From assembly GCA_049515135.1 (NCBI GenBank), contig JBEKUJ010000007.1, positions 116,888-180,887 of the forward strand: a stretch of DNA of 64,000 nt, in the 5' to 3' direction. How positions within the stretch are numbered: the first letter of the stretch is position 1; each line of letters opens with the position of its first letter. Source of the DNA: Spirochaetia bacterium. GTDB taxonomy: Bacteria; Spirochaetota; Spirochaetia; SZUA-6; Fen-1364. Of the stretch, positions 48,732-59,437 are shown piece after piece. The notes below the pieces were generated by a model. The model worked only from the letters and a program-made list of their open reading frames with translations, ran no database searches and had not been told where the DNA came from. A program made the position numbers and the translations under genes.

Positions 48732-49751
48732 ATGAAAAGAACCTTTGGTTTCGCTCTGCTTGTCGCCCTGACCGTGGCCTCGACAGCATTCGCCACAGGG
48801 ACATCGGAAGGGACGGCAGCCTCCCAGGCGACCTCTGTCGGTGCCAAGCATTACAAGTTTGCCTGGATCATGCCGGACATGTTCAACCCCTTCTGGACCT
48901 ACATGCGGCAGGGGGCGGAGAAAGCCGCTCTCGAATATATGAACAAAGGGATAAAGGTGGACATCCAGCAGATGGCGCCGATCCAGACATTCAACGTGGA
49001 AGAGCAGGTCGGGCTGTTCGAGAACGCAATCCAGATGAAAGTGGATGGCGTCGGGATCTGCGTCATTGACCAGACAGCCGTTATCCAACAGGTGAACAAG
49101 GCCAAGGCAGCTGGCATTCCGACGGTTGCCTTGAGCACGGACATTCCGAACTCCGATCGTCTTGCATTCTCCGGCGTGAAGGATCGCCAGTGGGCAATGA
49201 ATGTCGCCGAGGTTGCCATCAAGCACAACAACGGCGCAGGCGGCTATATCGTGTTGGAAGGAATCCCGGGGAACCTCATCAGCGAGCAGCGATTGCTGGG
49301 AGGCAAGGACGCCATCGCAAAGTACCCGAATGCGAAGCTTCTCGACGTGCAGCCGTCTAACTTCAACCGCAAGGATGGCATGTCCGCGATGGAGAACATG
49401 CTGACCAAATACCCCAAGGGACAAATCCAGGGAATCTTCTGCGTCAACGACGAGGCTGCGCTGGGAGCCATCGAAGCCATCGAAGCGGCGGGCCGCGCAA
49501 GCGAGATCTCGGTTGTGAGCATCGACGGAAACAAGGATGCGGCGCAGGCAATTCTCAATGGACGCATTCTGGCGACTGTGGCCGATGACCCGTGGGCAAA
49601 AGGATATGAGGCGGTCAAGGCGCTCGTTGGGTTTGCCCAAGGGGAGAAGGTTCCGGACACCCTCCCAATCGTGGCCAAGATCGTCGATAAGTCGAATGCG
49701 GCCGAATATCTGAAAAAGTTCCCTCAGATGGACGCCTACTATAAGCCGTAG
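48732..49751 (+). CDS. Sugar/polyol ABC substrate-binding protein (RbsB-like)
   Basis: Signal peptide; NPFW; NDEAALGA; VVSIDG. Confidence 0.9.
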   Translation: MKRTFGFALLVALTVASTAFATGTSEGTAASQATSVGAKHYKFAWIMPDMFNPFWTYMRQGAEKAALEYMNKGIKVDIQQMAPIQTFNVEEQVGLFENAIQMKVDGVGICVIDQTAVIQQVNKAKAAGIPTVALSTDIPNSDRLAFSGVKDRQWAMNVAEVAIKHNNGAGGYIVLEGIPGNLISEQRLLGGKDAIAKYPNAKLLDVQPSNFNRKDGMSAMENMLTKYPKGQIQGIFCVNDEAALGAIEAIEAAGRASEISVVSIDGNKDAAQAILNGRILATVADDPWAKGYEAVKALVGFAQGEKVPDTLPIVAKIVDKSNAAEYLKKFPQMDAYYKP

Positions 49752-49860
49752 AGTGAATTGAAAACAGGTTGTTGAAATCTCGGTGGACGAGGGGCCGGGA
49801 AGCAGATCAGCCCCCCGCCTGCCGAGACGAGATGCCCTATAGGCTTGGCGGAGGATAAAA

Positions 49861-50754
49861 TTGGTCGTTGACTTTCATGTTCACCTGGAATACGAGGCAG
49901 CGGGGAGAAAGCACGATGCGGCCGCGATAGTGGCCGCGATGGATGGGGCGGGCGTCGATGTGTCGGTTCTCCTTGGCAATGACCAGGCTGATGCCGGAGA
50001 AAACCCTCCCTGGGCGGACCCTTCGCGAATGACAGAGGATGTCAACCGCGCGGACGAAGAGATGGCCGCATATTGCGGGCTCTATCCCACACGCTTCGTC
50101 GGGTTCACCTCGGTGCATCCTGACCGGTACCAGCCTCACCGCAAGTTGCGGCGGGCAGTACAAGAGTTCGGGATGAAAGGGGTGAAGCTGTACCCCCATG
50201 CCGGTTTCTTTCCGAATGATCCACGGCTCAATCGTGTGTTTGAGCAGTGTATCGAGCTGGATATTCCGGTAATGATCCACTCCGGTATCAAGGCGGTGCA
50301 ATGGCAGCGCTTGAAGTATAACGATCCGGTGTTTGTGGACGATGTCGCAGTTGCCTTTCCCGAGTTGAAGATCGTGCTCTGTCATGGAGGCTATCCCTGG
50401 ACGGAGCAGTTTCTCTGTGTGGCATATTCCAACCCGAACATCTGGGTGGATTTGACTTTCCTCGACTCCATCGAGAGGACATACATGGTTCCCGATCTCG
50501 TTGAAACGACTATCCGCAGGCTGAAGGGGACCATAGGGACACGGCGCCTCCTCTGGGGCACGGAAGGCCCTTTCATGAATCTTCCTCTGTTCGGCCAGCA
50601 TGGCCCAAAATATTGCCGTGAATCGCAGCACTCTCTTGTACGCAGACTCCCTTTCCTCTCGGAAGCGGAGAAGGACGACATCCTGGGCAACAATGCGGCC
50701 CGGCTGCTGAAGCTGGGGCCGTCGGGGAAAGAGGCTCCCAGCGATGGAAAGTGA
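49861..50754 (+). CDS. Amidohydrolase-family protein
   Basis: DFHVH; GVKLYP; IHSG; LCHGG; LGNNAARL. Confidence 0.85.
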   Translation: MVVDFHVHLEYEAAGRKHDAAAIVAAMDGAGVDVSVLLGNDQADAGENPPWADPSRMTEDVNRADEEMAAYCGLYPTRFVGFTSVHPDRYQPHRKLRRAVQEFGMKGVKLYPHAGFFPNDPRLNRVFEQCIELDIPVMIHSGIKAVQWQRLKYNDPVFVDDVAVAFPELKIVLCHGGYPWTEQFLCVAYSNPNIWVDLTFLDSIERTYMVPDLVETTIRRLKGTIGTRRLLWGTEGPFMNLPLFGQHGPKYCRESQHSLVRRLPFLSEAEKDDILGNNAARLLKLGPSGKEAPSDGK

Positions 50755-50787
50755 TGAATCTGCCGTTCAACCAAAGGAGGCGCTCCT

Positions 50788-51201
50788 GTGGACAGCCTGA
50801 AGAAGTTTCACGTTTCAACTTCCGATATTTCACCGCTCCCAGTCGGAGAGGAAGAAGGTTTCCGCGGGGTCGATTCTCGCTTGCTCATCTGCGACGCGAC
50901 CGTAGCACAAACCACCTCGTGTCTTTTTCGCGCCGTCTTCCCTCCCGGTGGGTACCACGGAACACACGTCCACCACAAGTCCGACGAGCTTCTTTTCTGT
51001 ATCGCGGGGGAGGCCATCCAGGCGATCGACGGGGTGGAATACCGGATGAAACCGAATGACGCCATGTTCATTCCCAAGGGAGTGCCGCATTGGATGAAGA
51101 ATGACGGCACGAAACCCTTTGTCGTTCTTGGCGTCTACCCGGATGCACGCAACTTCGAGGAGACTGACCAGCAGCTGGTCGATGGCGGCAGAGTAGGTTG
51201 A
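50788..51201 (+). CDS. Cupin-domain protein
   Basis: HVHHKSDE...IPKGVPH. Confidence 0.85.
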   Translation: MDSLKKFHVSTSDISPLPVGEEEGFRGVDSRLLICDATVAQTTSCLFRAVFPPGGYHGTHVHHKSDELLFCIAGEAIQAIDGVEYRMKPNDAMFIPKGVPHWMKNDGTKPFVVLGVYPDARNFEETDQQLVDGGRVG

Positions 51202-51230
51202 TAGCGCATGCCGTAGAGAGCGAGGTGATC

Positions 51231-52214
51231 ATGTCAGAAAATGAATCGTTCGAGCTTTCTCTCGAGCCGCAGTGGCAGGAGGATGCAAGGCGGGCCTATA
51301 CCACCATTCTCAGCATGGGGGATAAGGTAAAGATGATAACGGAAGCAGATGCCATCGAGCTCCTTCAGGGGGCTGTTGACATCCATGTCCATGCGGCACC
51401 CGATCCCGAGATCGATGTCGGATGGGATCAGCTGGAGATCGCCAAGAAGGCCACGGATATCGGCATGGGCGCGGTGCTCTTCAAGGCTCACACGATACCG
51501 ACTGCGGCAACGGCGTTCTTTGTGCAGAAAGCGGTCGATGAATACGCGGCCGCTTCGCAAAAGAAAGCAGTGAAAGTTTTTGGCGGCGTGACCTTGAACT
51601 ACTACCAGGGCGGGCTCAACCCCGCTGCTGTGGAAATGTGTGCGCAGTTGAAGGGAAAGATTGTCTGGCTGCCCAGCCATGATTCGGCGCACCATCATCG
51701 CGTCATGGGCACCCCGGGGGGTATCGAGCTTCTGGATCAGAACGACAAACCGGTGCCTGCGCTCTACGAGATCATGAAGATTGTGGCGGAAAACGACATG
51801 ATCCTCGATCCCTGTCACGCGGGGACCAAACAGAGGTTTGTGGTCATCCGGGAAGCCAAGAAGCTCGGGGTTAAAAAGTTCGTCATCACGCATCCCAATT
51901 GGAACGTAACGAAGGCCACGCACGAACAGATGGCGGAAATGGGCCGCATGGGGGCTTACGTCGGACTCTTCATGTATGGAGACGTGCCCAACTTCAACAA
52001 TCCGCATTGCGATCCGATGGAGTTGTTCCAGATCATCAAGACGGTCGGACCGGACCATATCGTCCTCGCCTCCGACCTGGGCACCGTGGTCAACATGCCT
52101 CCCTGGGAGGGCATGAAGCTCTTCATGCGGATTCTTCTTGCCTACGGGATCCGCCGGGAGGATATCCGTACGATGTGCAGAGACAACGCCGCCCGGCTCC
52201 TGGATCTGACGTGA
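51231..52214 (+). CDS. Metal-dependent TIM-barrel hydrolase (amidohydrolase-like, DUF6282-type)
   Basis: DIHVHAAPD; FKAH; GGLNP; ITHP; SDLG. Confidence 0.7.
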   Translation: MSENESFELSLEPQWQEDARRAYTTILSMGDKVKMITEADAIELLQGAVDIHVHAAPDPEIDVGWDQLEIAKKATDIGMGAVLFKAHTIPTAATAFFVQKAVDEYAAASQKKAVKVFGGVTLNYYQGGLNPAAVEMCAQLKGKIVWLPSHDSAHHHRVMGTPGGIELLDQNDKPVPALYEIMKIVAENDMILDPCHAGTKQRFVVIREAKKLGVKKFVITHPNWNVTKATHEQMAEMGRMGAYVGLFMYGDVPNFNNPHCDPMELFQIIKTVGPDHIVLASDLGTVVNMPPWEGMKLFMRILLAYGIRREDIRTMCRDNAARLLDLT

Positions 52215-52239
52215 AAGGTCATGAGAAGGGCTCTCTGGA

Positions 52240-53781
52240 ATGGCAATACGGGAGGGCGGGGTGATTGAAGAGCGTCAGGGCGGCGATAGTCTGCTCGAAG
52301 CGCGCGCCATCTCCAAGTCATGGCCCGGCGTGCGCGCCCTCGATCAGGTGAGCATCAATATTCGGGCAGGCGAAATACACGCGCTGGTGGGAGAAAACGG
52401 AGCGGGGAAATCCACTCTCATGAAAATACTCGCAGGCATTGTCCAGCCCGACGAGGGATCGCTCTTCCTTGATGGCGCCCGCCGGCAGCTTTCCAATCCT
52501 GTGGCCGCGCAAAAGGCTGGGATCGGCATGGTCTTTCAGGAGCTCAACCTCGTTCCCACCCTCGACATTGCAACCAATATTTACCTTTCCCATGAGTTCG
52601 TGAGAGGAGGGGTGTTTCTAAACAAGCGGCACGCCAAGCTGGAGACCGAGAGGGTCCTGCAAAAGATGGGGATCACGTTGTCCCCCAACACTCTCGTGCA
52701 GACTCTCAGCATCGCGCAGATTCAAATGATCGCCATCGCACGCGCCTTATCGTTTTATCCTCGCGTCCTCTTGTTGGACGAACCGACCTCCTCTCTGTCT
52801 GAGGGAGAGATCGAGAAGCTCTACCAGACCCTGCGCGTCCTGCGCGCCCAGGGCGTTGGCATCCTGTATGTATCGCATCGACTGGAAGAGATCTCGCAAA
52901 TCGCCGATTGCGTCACCGTCCTCCGGGACGGCAAGCTGGTGGATACGAAGCCCATAGGAGAAACCACAATTGACAGCATCATCACAATGATGGTCGGCCG
53001 CGCGATCGTCACCATGTATCCCAAGGAAAGCGCACCCCGGGGTGAGGAGACCCTACGCGTCCTTAATGTGAGTAGGCGCAACGTGGTCGATTCGATCTCC
53101 CTTACTGTGAGATCAGGGGAGGTTGTCGGCCTGTTCGGCCTCGTGGGTGCCGGCCGCACGGAGCTGGCCCGGCTGATCTTTGGCCTGGACTCGCCCGACA
53201 GCGGAGAAATTTATCTCTACGGAAAGCGGATTACTCATCCTTCTCCAAGCGGTTCCATAGAGAGGAGATTAGGATATCTTTCCGAGAACCGCCAGGGTGA
53301 GGGGTTATGTCCTCCGTTGACTGTTCGACAGAACATCGTGCGGGCATCTTTGCATCGGATGTTTCCCTCGGGCATGAAGAACCTGCGCAAGGAGAGGTTA
53401 ACCGCCCAGAAGCAGGTGGCGGAGCTGGACATTGCCACACCCTCCCTTGATCGGGCTGTGCAGTTCTTGAGCGGGGGAACTCAGCAGAAAGTGGTCTTCG
53501 CACACTGGATGTGCGCCGGCTCCCGCATGCTTATCCTCGACGAGCCAACGCGTGGAATCGATGTAGGGACGAAGGTGGAAATCTATAAGATGATGAACCG
53601 GCTTGCGAAGGCTGGGGCTTCGATTCTTCTCATCTCTTCTGACCTGCCCGAGTTGCAGAATATGAGCGACCGCGTGTATGTGATGTACAAAGGAAAGATC
53701 ACGGAAATGCTCGAGGGTGCGGAGATGAACGCGGAGAAGATCATTGCCGCCGCGATCGGGGTCGGGAGAGAAACAGCATGA
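52240..53781 (+). CDS. Sugar ABC ATPase (RbsA-like, two NBDs)
   Basis: GENGAGKS; DEPTS; LSGGTQQKV; DEPTRGIDVG. Confidence 0.95.
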   Translation: MAIREGGVIEERQGGDSLLEARAISKSWPGVRALDQVSINIRAGEIHALVGENGAGKSTLMKILAGIVQPDEGSLFLDGARRQLSNPVAAQKAGIGMVFQELNLVPTLDIATNIYLSHEFVRGGVFLNKRHAKLETERVLQKMGITLSPNTLVQTLSIAQIQMIAIARALSFYPRVLLLDEPTSSLSEGEIEKLYQTLRVLRAQGVGILYVSHRLEEISQIADCVTVLRDGKLVDTKPIGETTIDSIITMMVGRAIVTMYPKESAPRGEETLRVLNVSRRNVVDSISLTVRSGEVVGLFGLVGAGRTELARLIFGLDSPDSGEIYLYGKRITHPSPSGSIERRLGYLSENRQGEGLCPPLTVRQNIVRASLHRMFPSGMKNLRKERLTAQKQVAELDIATPSLDRAVQFLSGGTQQKVVFAHWMCAGSRMLILDEPTRGIDVGTKVEIYKMMNRLAKAGASILLISSDLPELQNMSDRVYVMYKGKITEMLEGAEMNAEKIIAAAIGVGRETA

Positions 53782-54737
53782 GGAAAGCACTGTCCGTCGT
53801 GCTGAAGCGTCTTCGCGCGCTACCGAGCATTTCCTACGTCCTGCTGGCCGTTGTGCTTCTTTTCTCCCTGCTTTCGCGAGACTTCTACACCTGGACGAAT
53901 GTTGTGAACATCATCCGGCAGGGCACGGTACTCGTGATCGTCTCGATGGGGATGATGATCGTGATCGTCTGCGCCGGAATCGATCTGTCAGTGGGCGCAA
54001 TGCTCGGGCTTGCCGGGACGGTCATCGCGGTCCTTCTGCAACAAGGATTCAGCCTTGCTGCAGCAGTTCCCCTCAGTCTTCTTGCCTGCTGCTTCTGCGG
54101 CCTGGTTGCCGGGGTGATTGTGGCCAAAGGCAGGATCTTTCCCTTCATAGTGACCTTTGGGATGCTCTTCATGGTCCGGAGCGTCAGCTTGGGAATTACA
54201 AAAGGCGGCTCGGTCCATATTCCCAACACCTCGTTCATCGTATTCGGCAACGCAATGTATCTTGGCGTTCCCGCAGCCTTCTGGATTACCCTCTTTCTCG
54301 TTGTCCTCATCAGCGTTGTCATGCGCCGAACGCCCTTTGGCACCCACGCGTACGCTATTGGCATCAATGCGGAAAACGCCCGGGCGCTGGGAATCCGCGT
54401 AGATGTGTCGGTTATCGCCGCGTACATTGCCAGTGCATTTCTTGCCGCTGTAGCCGGGATCATTCTTGCCAGCAGGGTAGCAACGGGAAATGCGCTCGTG
54501 GGCATGGGGACAGAGTTCGAAGCTGTGGCCGCAGTTGTGGTCGGGGGCACGCCCATTACCGGGGGTCGCGGCAGCCTGGCTGGCACCGTGATGGGGGCGA
54601 TTTTTATCACGCTCCTTCGTAACGGCATGAACCTCATGGGCCTGCCCTCACAAGTGGTGGCCGTGGTCATCGGCGTGAGCATTATGGCGGCCGTGGTCGG
54701 CGCACAACTCTTGTATCGAGGAGCCGTCCTTGAATAG
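53778..54737 (+). CDS. Sugar ABC permease
   Basis: GIDLSVG; EAVAAVVVGG. Confidence 0.9.
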   Translation: MRKALSVVLKRLRALPSISYVLLAVVLLFSLLSRDFYTWTNVVNIIRQGTVLVIVSMGMMIVIVCAGIDLSVGAMLGLAGTVIAVLLQQGFSLAAAVPLSLLACCFCGLVAGVIVAKGRIFPFIVTFGMLFMVRSVSLGITKGGSVHIPNTSFIVFGNAMYLGVPAAFWITLFLVVLISVVMRRTPFGTHAYAIGINAENARALGIRVDVSVIAAYIASAFLAAVAGIILASRVATGNALVGMGTEFEAVAAVVVGGTPITGGRGSLAGTVMGAIFITLLRNGMNLMGLPSQVVAVVIGVSIMAAVVGAQLLYRGAVLE

Positions 54738-55740
54738 CGCCACCCAAGGCACTGAGGTGGTTGCAGCTCGGGCCAGGGAACAGGGAAGGCGCCCCGCGGA
54801 AACTCTCATAAGGCATTCCCGACTCGTGATTCTGCTTCTGATGTGCATTGTGCTGTCTCTCATCAGTCGCGCCTTTCTTACTTGGGACAACCTGCTGAAC
54901 GTGTTGCGCCAGGCGACCCCCATCTTCGTTCTCGGTGCGGGACAGACCCTCGTTATTCTCTCCCGTGGCATTGACGTCTCCATGGGAAGCTGCGGGGCGC
55001 TTGCAGGGGTCGTGGCCGCGCTCTTGATGAGCACCAAAGTGCCCGTATTGGTCGCCGTCCTGGTAGGGCTCGCCATCGGCGCCGCTTTCGGCCTGATGAA
55101 CGGATTAATCGTGACGCGCGTTGGCCTTCCACCATTCATTACGACATTTGGCACATACCTGCTGGGCAAAGGGCTCGTGGTCCTCTACATCGACGGAAAA
55201 GTTATCTGGGGATTCCCGGATTCCTTCCGTCTTCTGGGCGCCGCACGAGTGGGAGGGATTCCGTTCATCATTTTCATCGGCGCGGCAATTTTCGCGCTGT
55301 TTGCCTGGCTGTTGAAATACACGAACTTCGGCAGCGCCATCTATTCAGTGGGAGCAAATCCCACTGCAAGTGCGGTCTCCGGCATCAAGACCCGGCGAGT
55401 CATCACGTTAACCTTCGTGATATCAGGCTTGATGGCCGCCTTCGCGTGTCTTCTTTTCGTATCCCGTCTGAACTCCGCGAAGAGCGACATCGGCGAAGGT
55501 TTCGAACTGGACGCAATCGCGGCAACGTTAATCGGCGGAACATCTTTTGCGGGGGGGACTGGAACGATCAGCGGAACAGTCGTCGGGGCGCTCATCATCA
55601 TTCTCCTACGCAACATGATGAACCTCCTCGGTATCTCGCCCTTGTGGCAAGGCTTCGCCACGGGGCTTGTCATGGTGCTTTTAATTCTGGCGGACGAGAT
55701 GTTCAAGCGTTTTCTCGGGAGGCAACGAGCGGCTGCATGA
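54730..55740 (+). CDS. Sugar ABC permease
   Basis: GIDVSMG; PPFITTFG; ELDAIAATLIGG. Confidence 0.9.
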   Translation: MNSATQGTEVVAARAREQGRRPAETLIRHSRLVILLLMCIVLSLISRAFLTWDNLLNVLRQATPIFVLGAGQTLVILSRGIDVSMGSCGALAGVVAALLMSTKVPVLVAVLVGLAIGAAFGLMNGLIVTRVGLPPFITTFGTYLLGKGLVVLYIDGKVIWGFPDSFRLLGAARVGGIPFIIFIGAAIFALFAWLLKYTNFGSAIYSVGANPTASAVSGIKTRRVITLTFVISGLMAAFACLLFVSRLNSAKSDIGEGFELDAIAATLIGGTSFAGGTGTISGTVVGALIIILLRNMMNLLGISPLWQGFATGLVMVLLILADEMFKRFLGRQRAAA

Positions 55741-55766
55741 AAACTGCGCAAAGGGAGGACAGCGAA

Positions 55767-56732
55767 ATGGGAAAATGGGAAATACCCCCCAAGGGCGGGC
55801 AAATGGATTTGCCGAGCGGCATTTATTACCAGACAATGACGGGTCATCAGGTGAAAGAACGCCTGAAGAAGAACGATCTCATTATTATTCCCGTTGGAAG
55901 CACCGAGAATCATGGCGATCACGCCTGTCCGGGCGAGGATACTTTCCTGGTAACCCGAATGGCCGAACAAGTGGCGAAGGTCACTGGCTGCACTGTGGCC
56001 GAACCTATCTGGTATGGTTCGCATCCGTTTCATCATCTCGGGATGCCGGGAACAATTGTAATTCCCGAGGAAGACCTCTCTGCATATCTTCGAGCAGTCA
56101 TCGCGGGATTTTGGAACAGCGGCTTTCGAAAGCAAATTCTGCTCAACGGCCATGGTCAGGACTACGTCATCCCCCTCGCTATCCATCAATTTGCGAAAAA
56201 ATACCAGGTACCCGCAATTGTGGTCAATGTCAACTGGTGGTTCGTGATTCCGCAACACATCAGGGACAAGGCACATGGGGGGCCTTTCGAGACGCCCTTC
56301 ATTCATGGTGACGAATGCGAGACTTCTTTTTCAATGGCGCTCTTCCCAGAGATGATCGACCAAAAATACGCTCCGTCAACCACACCAATCAAGATTTTCC
56401 CCGACGGACACATAAACAAGTCTGGGAGCGCTTACGATCTTCCTATCGACTTCTGGCTCCAAGTGGGAGCCTCAGCAATCGAGGTAGTCTCAACGCCGGA
56501 GGGCGTGGTCGGCAATGCGACCTTGGCAGATCCTGAAAAGGCCCGACCCGGGCTCGTGGCAATCATGGATTACCTTGAGAAGCTCGTGACCGACATTCTT
56601 GCCATGTACCCTGCGGGCAAGCTTCCGCCAATAGCCGCTATGACAATGCGCAAGAAAGACGAGATCGAAGCCGTTCTGAAAGGCCCATTAAATGGCGGGA
56701 CTCATCTTTACACCTTGGGATATCCCACATAG
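55767..56732 (+). CDS. iolN: Creatininase-family hydrolase, IolN-like (3-dehydro-scyllo-inosose hydrolase)
   Basis: PVGSTENHG; GED; NGHGQ; HGDECETS; the N-terminus WEIPPKGG...GIYYQ recalls Thermotoga IolN. Confidence 0.7.
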   Translation: MGKWEIPPKGGQMDLPSGIYYQTMTGHQVKERLKKNDLIIIPVGSTENHGDHACPGEDTFLVTRMAEQVAKVTGCTVAEPIWYGSHPFHHLGMPGTIVIPEEDLSAYLRAVIAGFWNSGFRKQILLNGHGQDYVIPLAIHQFAKKYQVPAIVVNVNWWFVIPQHIRDKAHGGPFETPFIHGDECETSFSMALFPEMIDQKYAPSTTPIKIFPDGHINKSGSAYDLPIDFWLQVGASAIEVVSTPEGVVGNATLADPEKARPGLVAIMDYLEKLVTDILAMYPAGKLPPIAAMTMRKKDEIEAVLKGPLNGGTHLYTLGYPT

Positions 56733-56785
56733 CGTCATTCGTTGAAAGTAAACACAACACGAATAGCTTGCGAGGAGGCGGTAAA

Positions 56786-57949
56786 ATGGAAAAACCAGGG
56801 AAGGTAAAAGCAGTCGTAATGACCGGCCCTGGGCAGGTCGAATGGAAGGAGCTGCCGTATCCTGATCATCTTGAGGAGGGTGCGGTTGTTATCAAAGTTG
56901 AGATGTCGGGAATTTGCGGCACCGACAAACACGCTTTCGACGGTGACGTAACGTTATACGGCGGCACAGAGACCGAGCAGGACATGGTCTATCCCAGCGT
57001 ACACGGACATGAGAACGCTGGGATTGTGTTCGAAATGAACGGAAAAGGCAAGGACATCGAATATAGTGGAAAGGAACTGAGGATTGGAGACAGGGTGACA
57101 AATTGTCCCAATGTTATCTGCGGAACGTGTTGGTACTGTCGTCGAATCCACGCTTTCCCTTTCTGTGTGAATCATCAGGGAATTGGCATGACCTATCGGA
57201 GCGACGTCTTTCCATACATTACCGGAGGATGGTCAGAATACCTTTATCTACCTCCGAACGCTTGGGTTTACAAGGTCCCGGAGGAGTCGACCGTCGAGGA
57301 GACAGCACTTTCTGAATTGTTTGTCGTTACATCCTTGCTTGATCGGGCAAAGATGTATTCGCAGACAGACGGACGAGGGGGGTTCAATTTCGACGACACC
57401 GTCGTGATCCAAGGGTTGGGCGGCATAGGACTCATGATGGCGGCGAAAGCTCGTCTCTTAGGGGCAGGAAAGATCATCGGCCTGGATACTAACGCGTCGC
57501 GAATGAAGATCGCCAAAGAATTCGGGGCAGACATGACGATTGATGTTTCCAAGCTTTCAGATGATGAGCTGGTAGAGAGAATCCGCGCGGAAACAGATGG
57601 TCATGGGGCAGATGTCGTGGTCGAGGTTGTTGGTCGACCTGAGGTCCTGGACGTCGGACTCCGAATGCTCCGCCGTGGAGGCACATACTGCGAAACCGGC
57701 AATTTTGTGGATACTGGAACGGTGACACTGAACGTTCATCGGCACCTGGCGGCAAAGAACGTTCTTTTTATAGGAAACACAAATCATCCCCATGACATGT
57801 ACTATGCGCACTTGGATATGATGATACGCCATCGAAAAGATTTTCCCTGGTACAAACTTGTGAGTCACCGCTACCGATTGGATCAATGCAAGGAAGCGAT
57901 GAAAAAGGCATACGCCGAAGATGCTTTGAAGGTTGTCTTTACTCCGTAA
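56786..57949 (+). CDS. Zn-dependent (MDR) alcohol/polyol dehydrogenase
   Basis: GICGTD; GHE; CGTCWYC...C; GLGGIG. Confidence 0.9.
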   Translation: MEKPGKVKAVVMTGPGQVEWKELPYPDHLEEGAVVIKVEMSGICGTDKHAFDGDVTLYGGTETEQDMVYPSVHGHENAGIVFEMNGKGKDIEYSGKELRIGDRVTNCPNVICGTCWYCRRIHAFPFCVNHQGIGMTYRSDVFPYITGGWSEYLYLPPNAWVYKVPEESTVEETALSELFVVTSLLDRAKMYSQTDGRGGFNFDDTVVIQGLGGIGLMMAAKARLLGAGKIIGLDTNASRMKIAKEFGADMTIDVSKLSDDELVERIRAETDGHGADVVVEVVGRPEVLDVGLRMLRRGGTYCETGNFVDTGTVTLNVHRHLAAKNVLFIGNTNHPHDMYYAHLDMMIRHRKDFPWYKLVSHRYRLDQCKEAMKKAYAEDALKVVFTP

Positions 57950-57968
57950 GTGACTAGGAAAACGCATA

Positions 57969-58787
57969 GTGGCAGCACGAAGAATTGGAATTAGTCTGTC
58001 GCCTTTGAAATCTGAGTTCGGACCTTTGCTCTATTCTGGGAATCTGGAGTTGGGGCTTCGGACTGCGAGTTCCCTTGGATATTCTGGCGTTGAATTAAGC
58101 CTCTTGGACTCTTCATCGATTGATCATGAGCAGCTCGCGGATAAACTGGAGGAATATAAACTAACGGCATATACTATCGCGACAGGGCAGACCTACTATG
58201 CCGACGGATACTCATTGTTCAACGCTGACAAAAGCAAACGCGAAAAATGCGTGGAAAGGCTGTTTGGGCACATCGATCTTGCCAAGAGCTTGAAGTGCAT
58301 GGTTATCGTCGGCGGCATTCGTGGAACGATCCTAGCGACGGGAGGGGAGCGCTCGGAGCAGGAAAGAGAAGGTCGTGAGTGCTTACGAAGGTGCGTGGTG
58401 TATGCAGGGGAGAGGAATGTGGTCCTTCTCCTTGAGCCAGTGAACCGTTACGAGACGAATGTGGTGAACACGATCGACGAGGGACTTGCACTTATCTCGC
58501 AGATCGACCTCCCGAACCTGATGCTGCTTCCGGACACTTTTCACATGAACATCGAAGAAGCCAGCATGGCGGACGGACTGCTTCGCGCTTCTTCGTTAGT
58601 GGGCTATGTGCATTTCGCGGATAGTAATAGGCTCGCTCCGGGATGGGGACATATCGACTTCGCGAGTCTGCTTTCTGCACTGAGCAAGATTGGATACACA
58701 AGGCCGATCGGCGTAGAAATATTGCCGAAGCCGGATGATCGTGCCGCAGCGGGACAGGCTATAAAGCACCTGATGGAATTGCACTAA
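57969..58787 (+). CDS. iolO: Sugar phosphate isomerase/epimerase, IolO-like (5-keto-L-gluconate epimerase)
   Basis: TGQTYYADG; EPVNRYE; DTFHMNIEE; HFADSNR. Confidence 0.65.
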   Translation: MAARRIGISLSPLKSEFGPLLYSGNLELGLRTASSLGYSGVELSLLDSSSIDHEQLADKLEEYKLTAYTIATGQTYYADGYSLFNADKSKREKCVERLFGHIDLAKSLKCMVIVGGIRGTILATGGERSEQEREGRECLRRCVVYAGERNVVLLLEPVNRYETNVVNTIDEGLALISQIDLPNLMLLPDTFHMNIEEASMADGLLRASSLVGYVHFADSNRLAPGWGHIDFASLLSALSKIGYTRPIGVEILPKPDDRAAAGQAIKHLMELH

Positions 58788-58818
58788 CACTGGATAGTTT
58801 GGTGGGGAAACGGCTGCC

Positions 58819-59028
58819 ATGAAGGATCGAAAAAGGAATACGGTAGAATCGTCTGAGGCCGGCGATTTTGTATGGTCCATGCTTGGCAATAAGATGATTA
58901 TAGAAGAACTAAAGAAGGACTTGGCCCGATGCACTTGGACGGATGCGAATGGGAAGTCCAAGTCACGATGGTATAAACTTGCTTTGCTGGTAAAAGATGA
59001 ACCGCATGGTTTTAGCTTCTGGTTTTAG
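58819..59028 (+). CDS. Hypothetical small protein
   Basis: 69 aa ORF following the operon. Confidence 0.25.
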   Translation: MKDRKRNTVESSEAGDFVWSMLGNKMIIEELKKDLARCTWTDANGKSKSRWYKLALLVKDEPHGFSFWF

Positions 59029-59437
59029 TTGTTTCAACTCATACCTGTCGCTTTTTGCGGTGGCCTGGATTGTTTCGAAAAGTCTCTCTATTCAACAGCC
59101 AACCAACAAAGCTCAATATGACCACCGCGATCACACAAACAAGCAGTTCCATATTCGCTGAAAGCCATTTCATTTGTGAAATCCCGAAGGCGCTCTTAGA
59201 TTTCAATTTAGTATAGGGTCCCCCTTGGGATCCCTTCAACTCCACATTGGGCATTGACTGGAAATGGCCCGACCTGCCTGGGATCCGTTCTGTCGTCGCT
59301 ACCAATAGGTCATCTATGAAAAAGGACTGTGGTCCCGGAATCCTTGCGTTCTATTATTCACCCTTTACTGAATCATTCTCGCGATCGAAGATTCTTTGAA
59401 GAAATGATTTTTCCCTGCATCCTGTCAGGGTGGGACT

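Noticed and set aside
55446-55766. Long N-terminal extension of the IolN-like ORF
   Set aside because: It overlaps the permease gene; a GGAGG RBS precedes ATG 55767.
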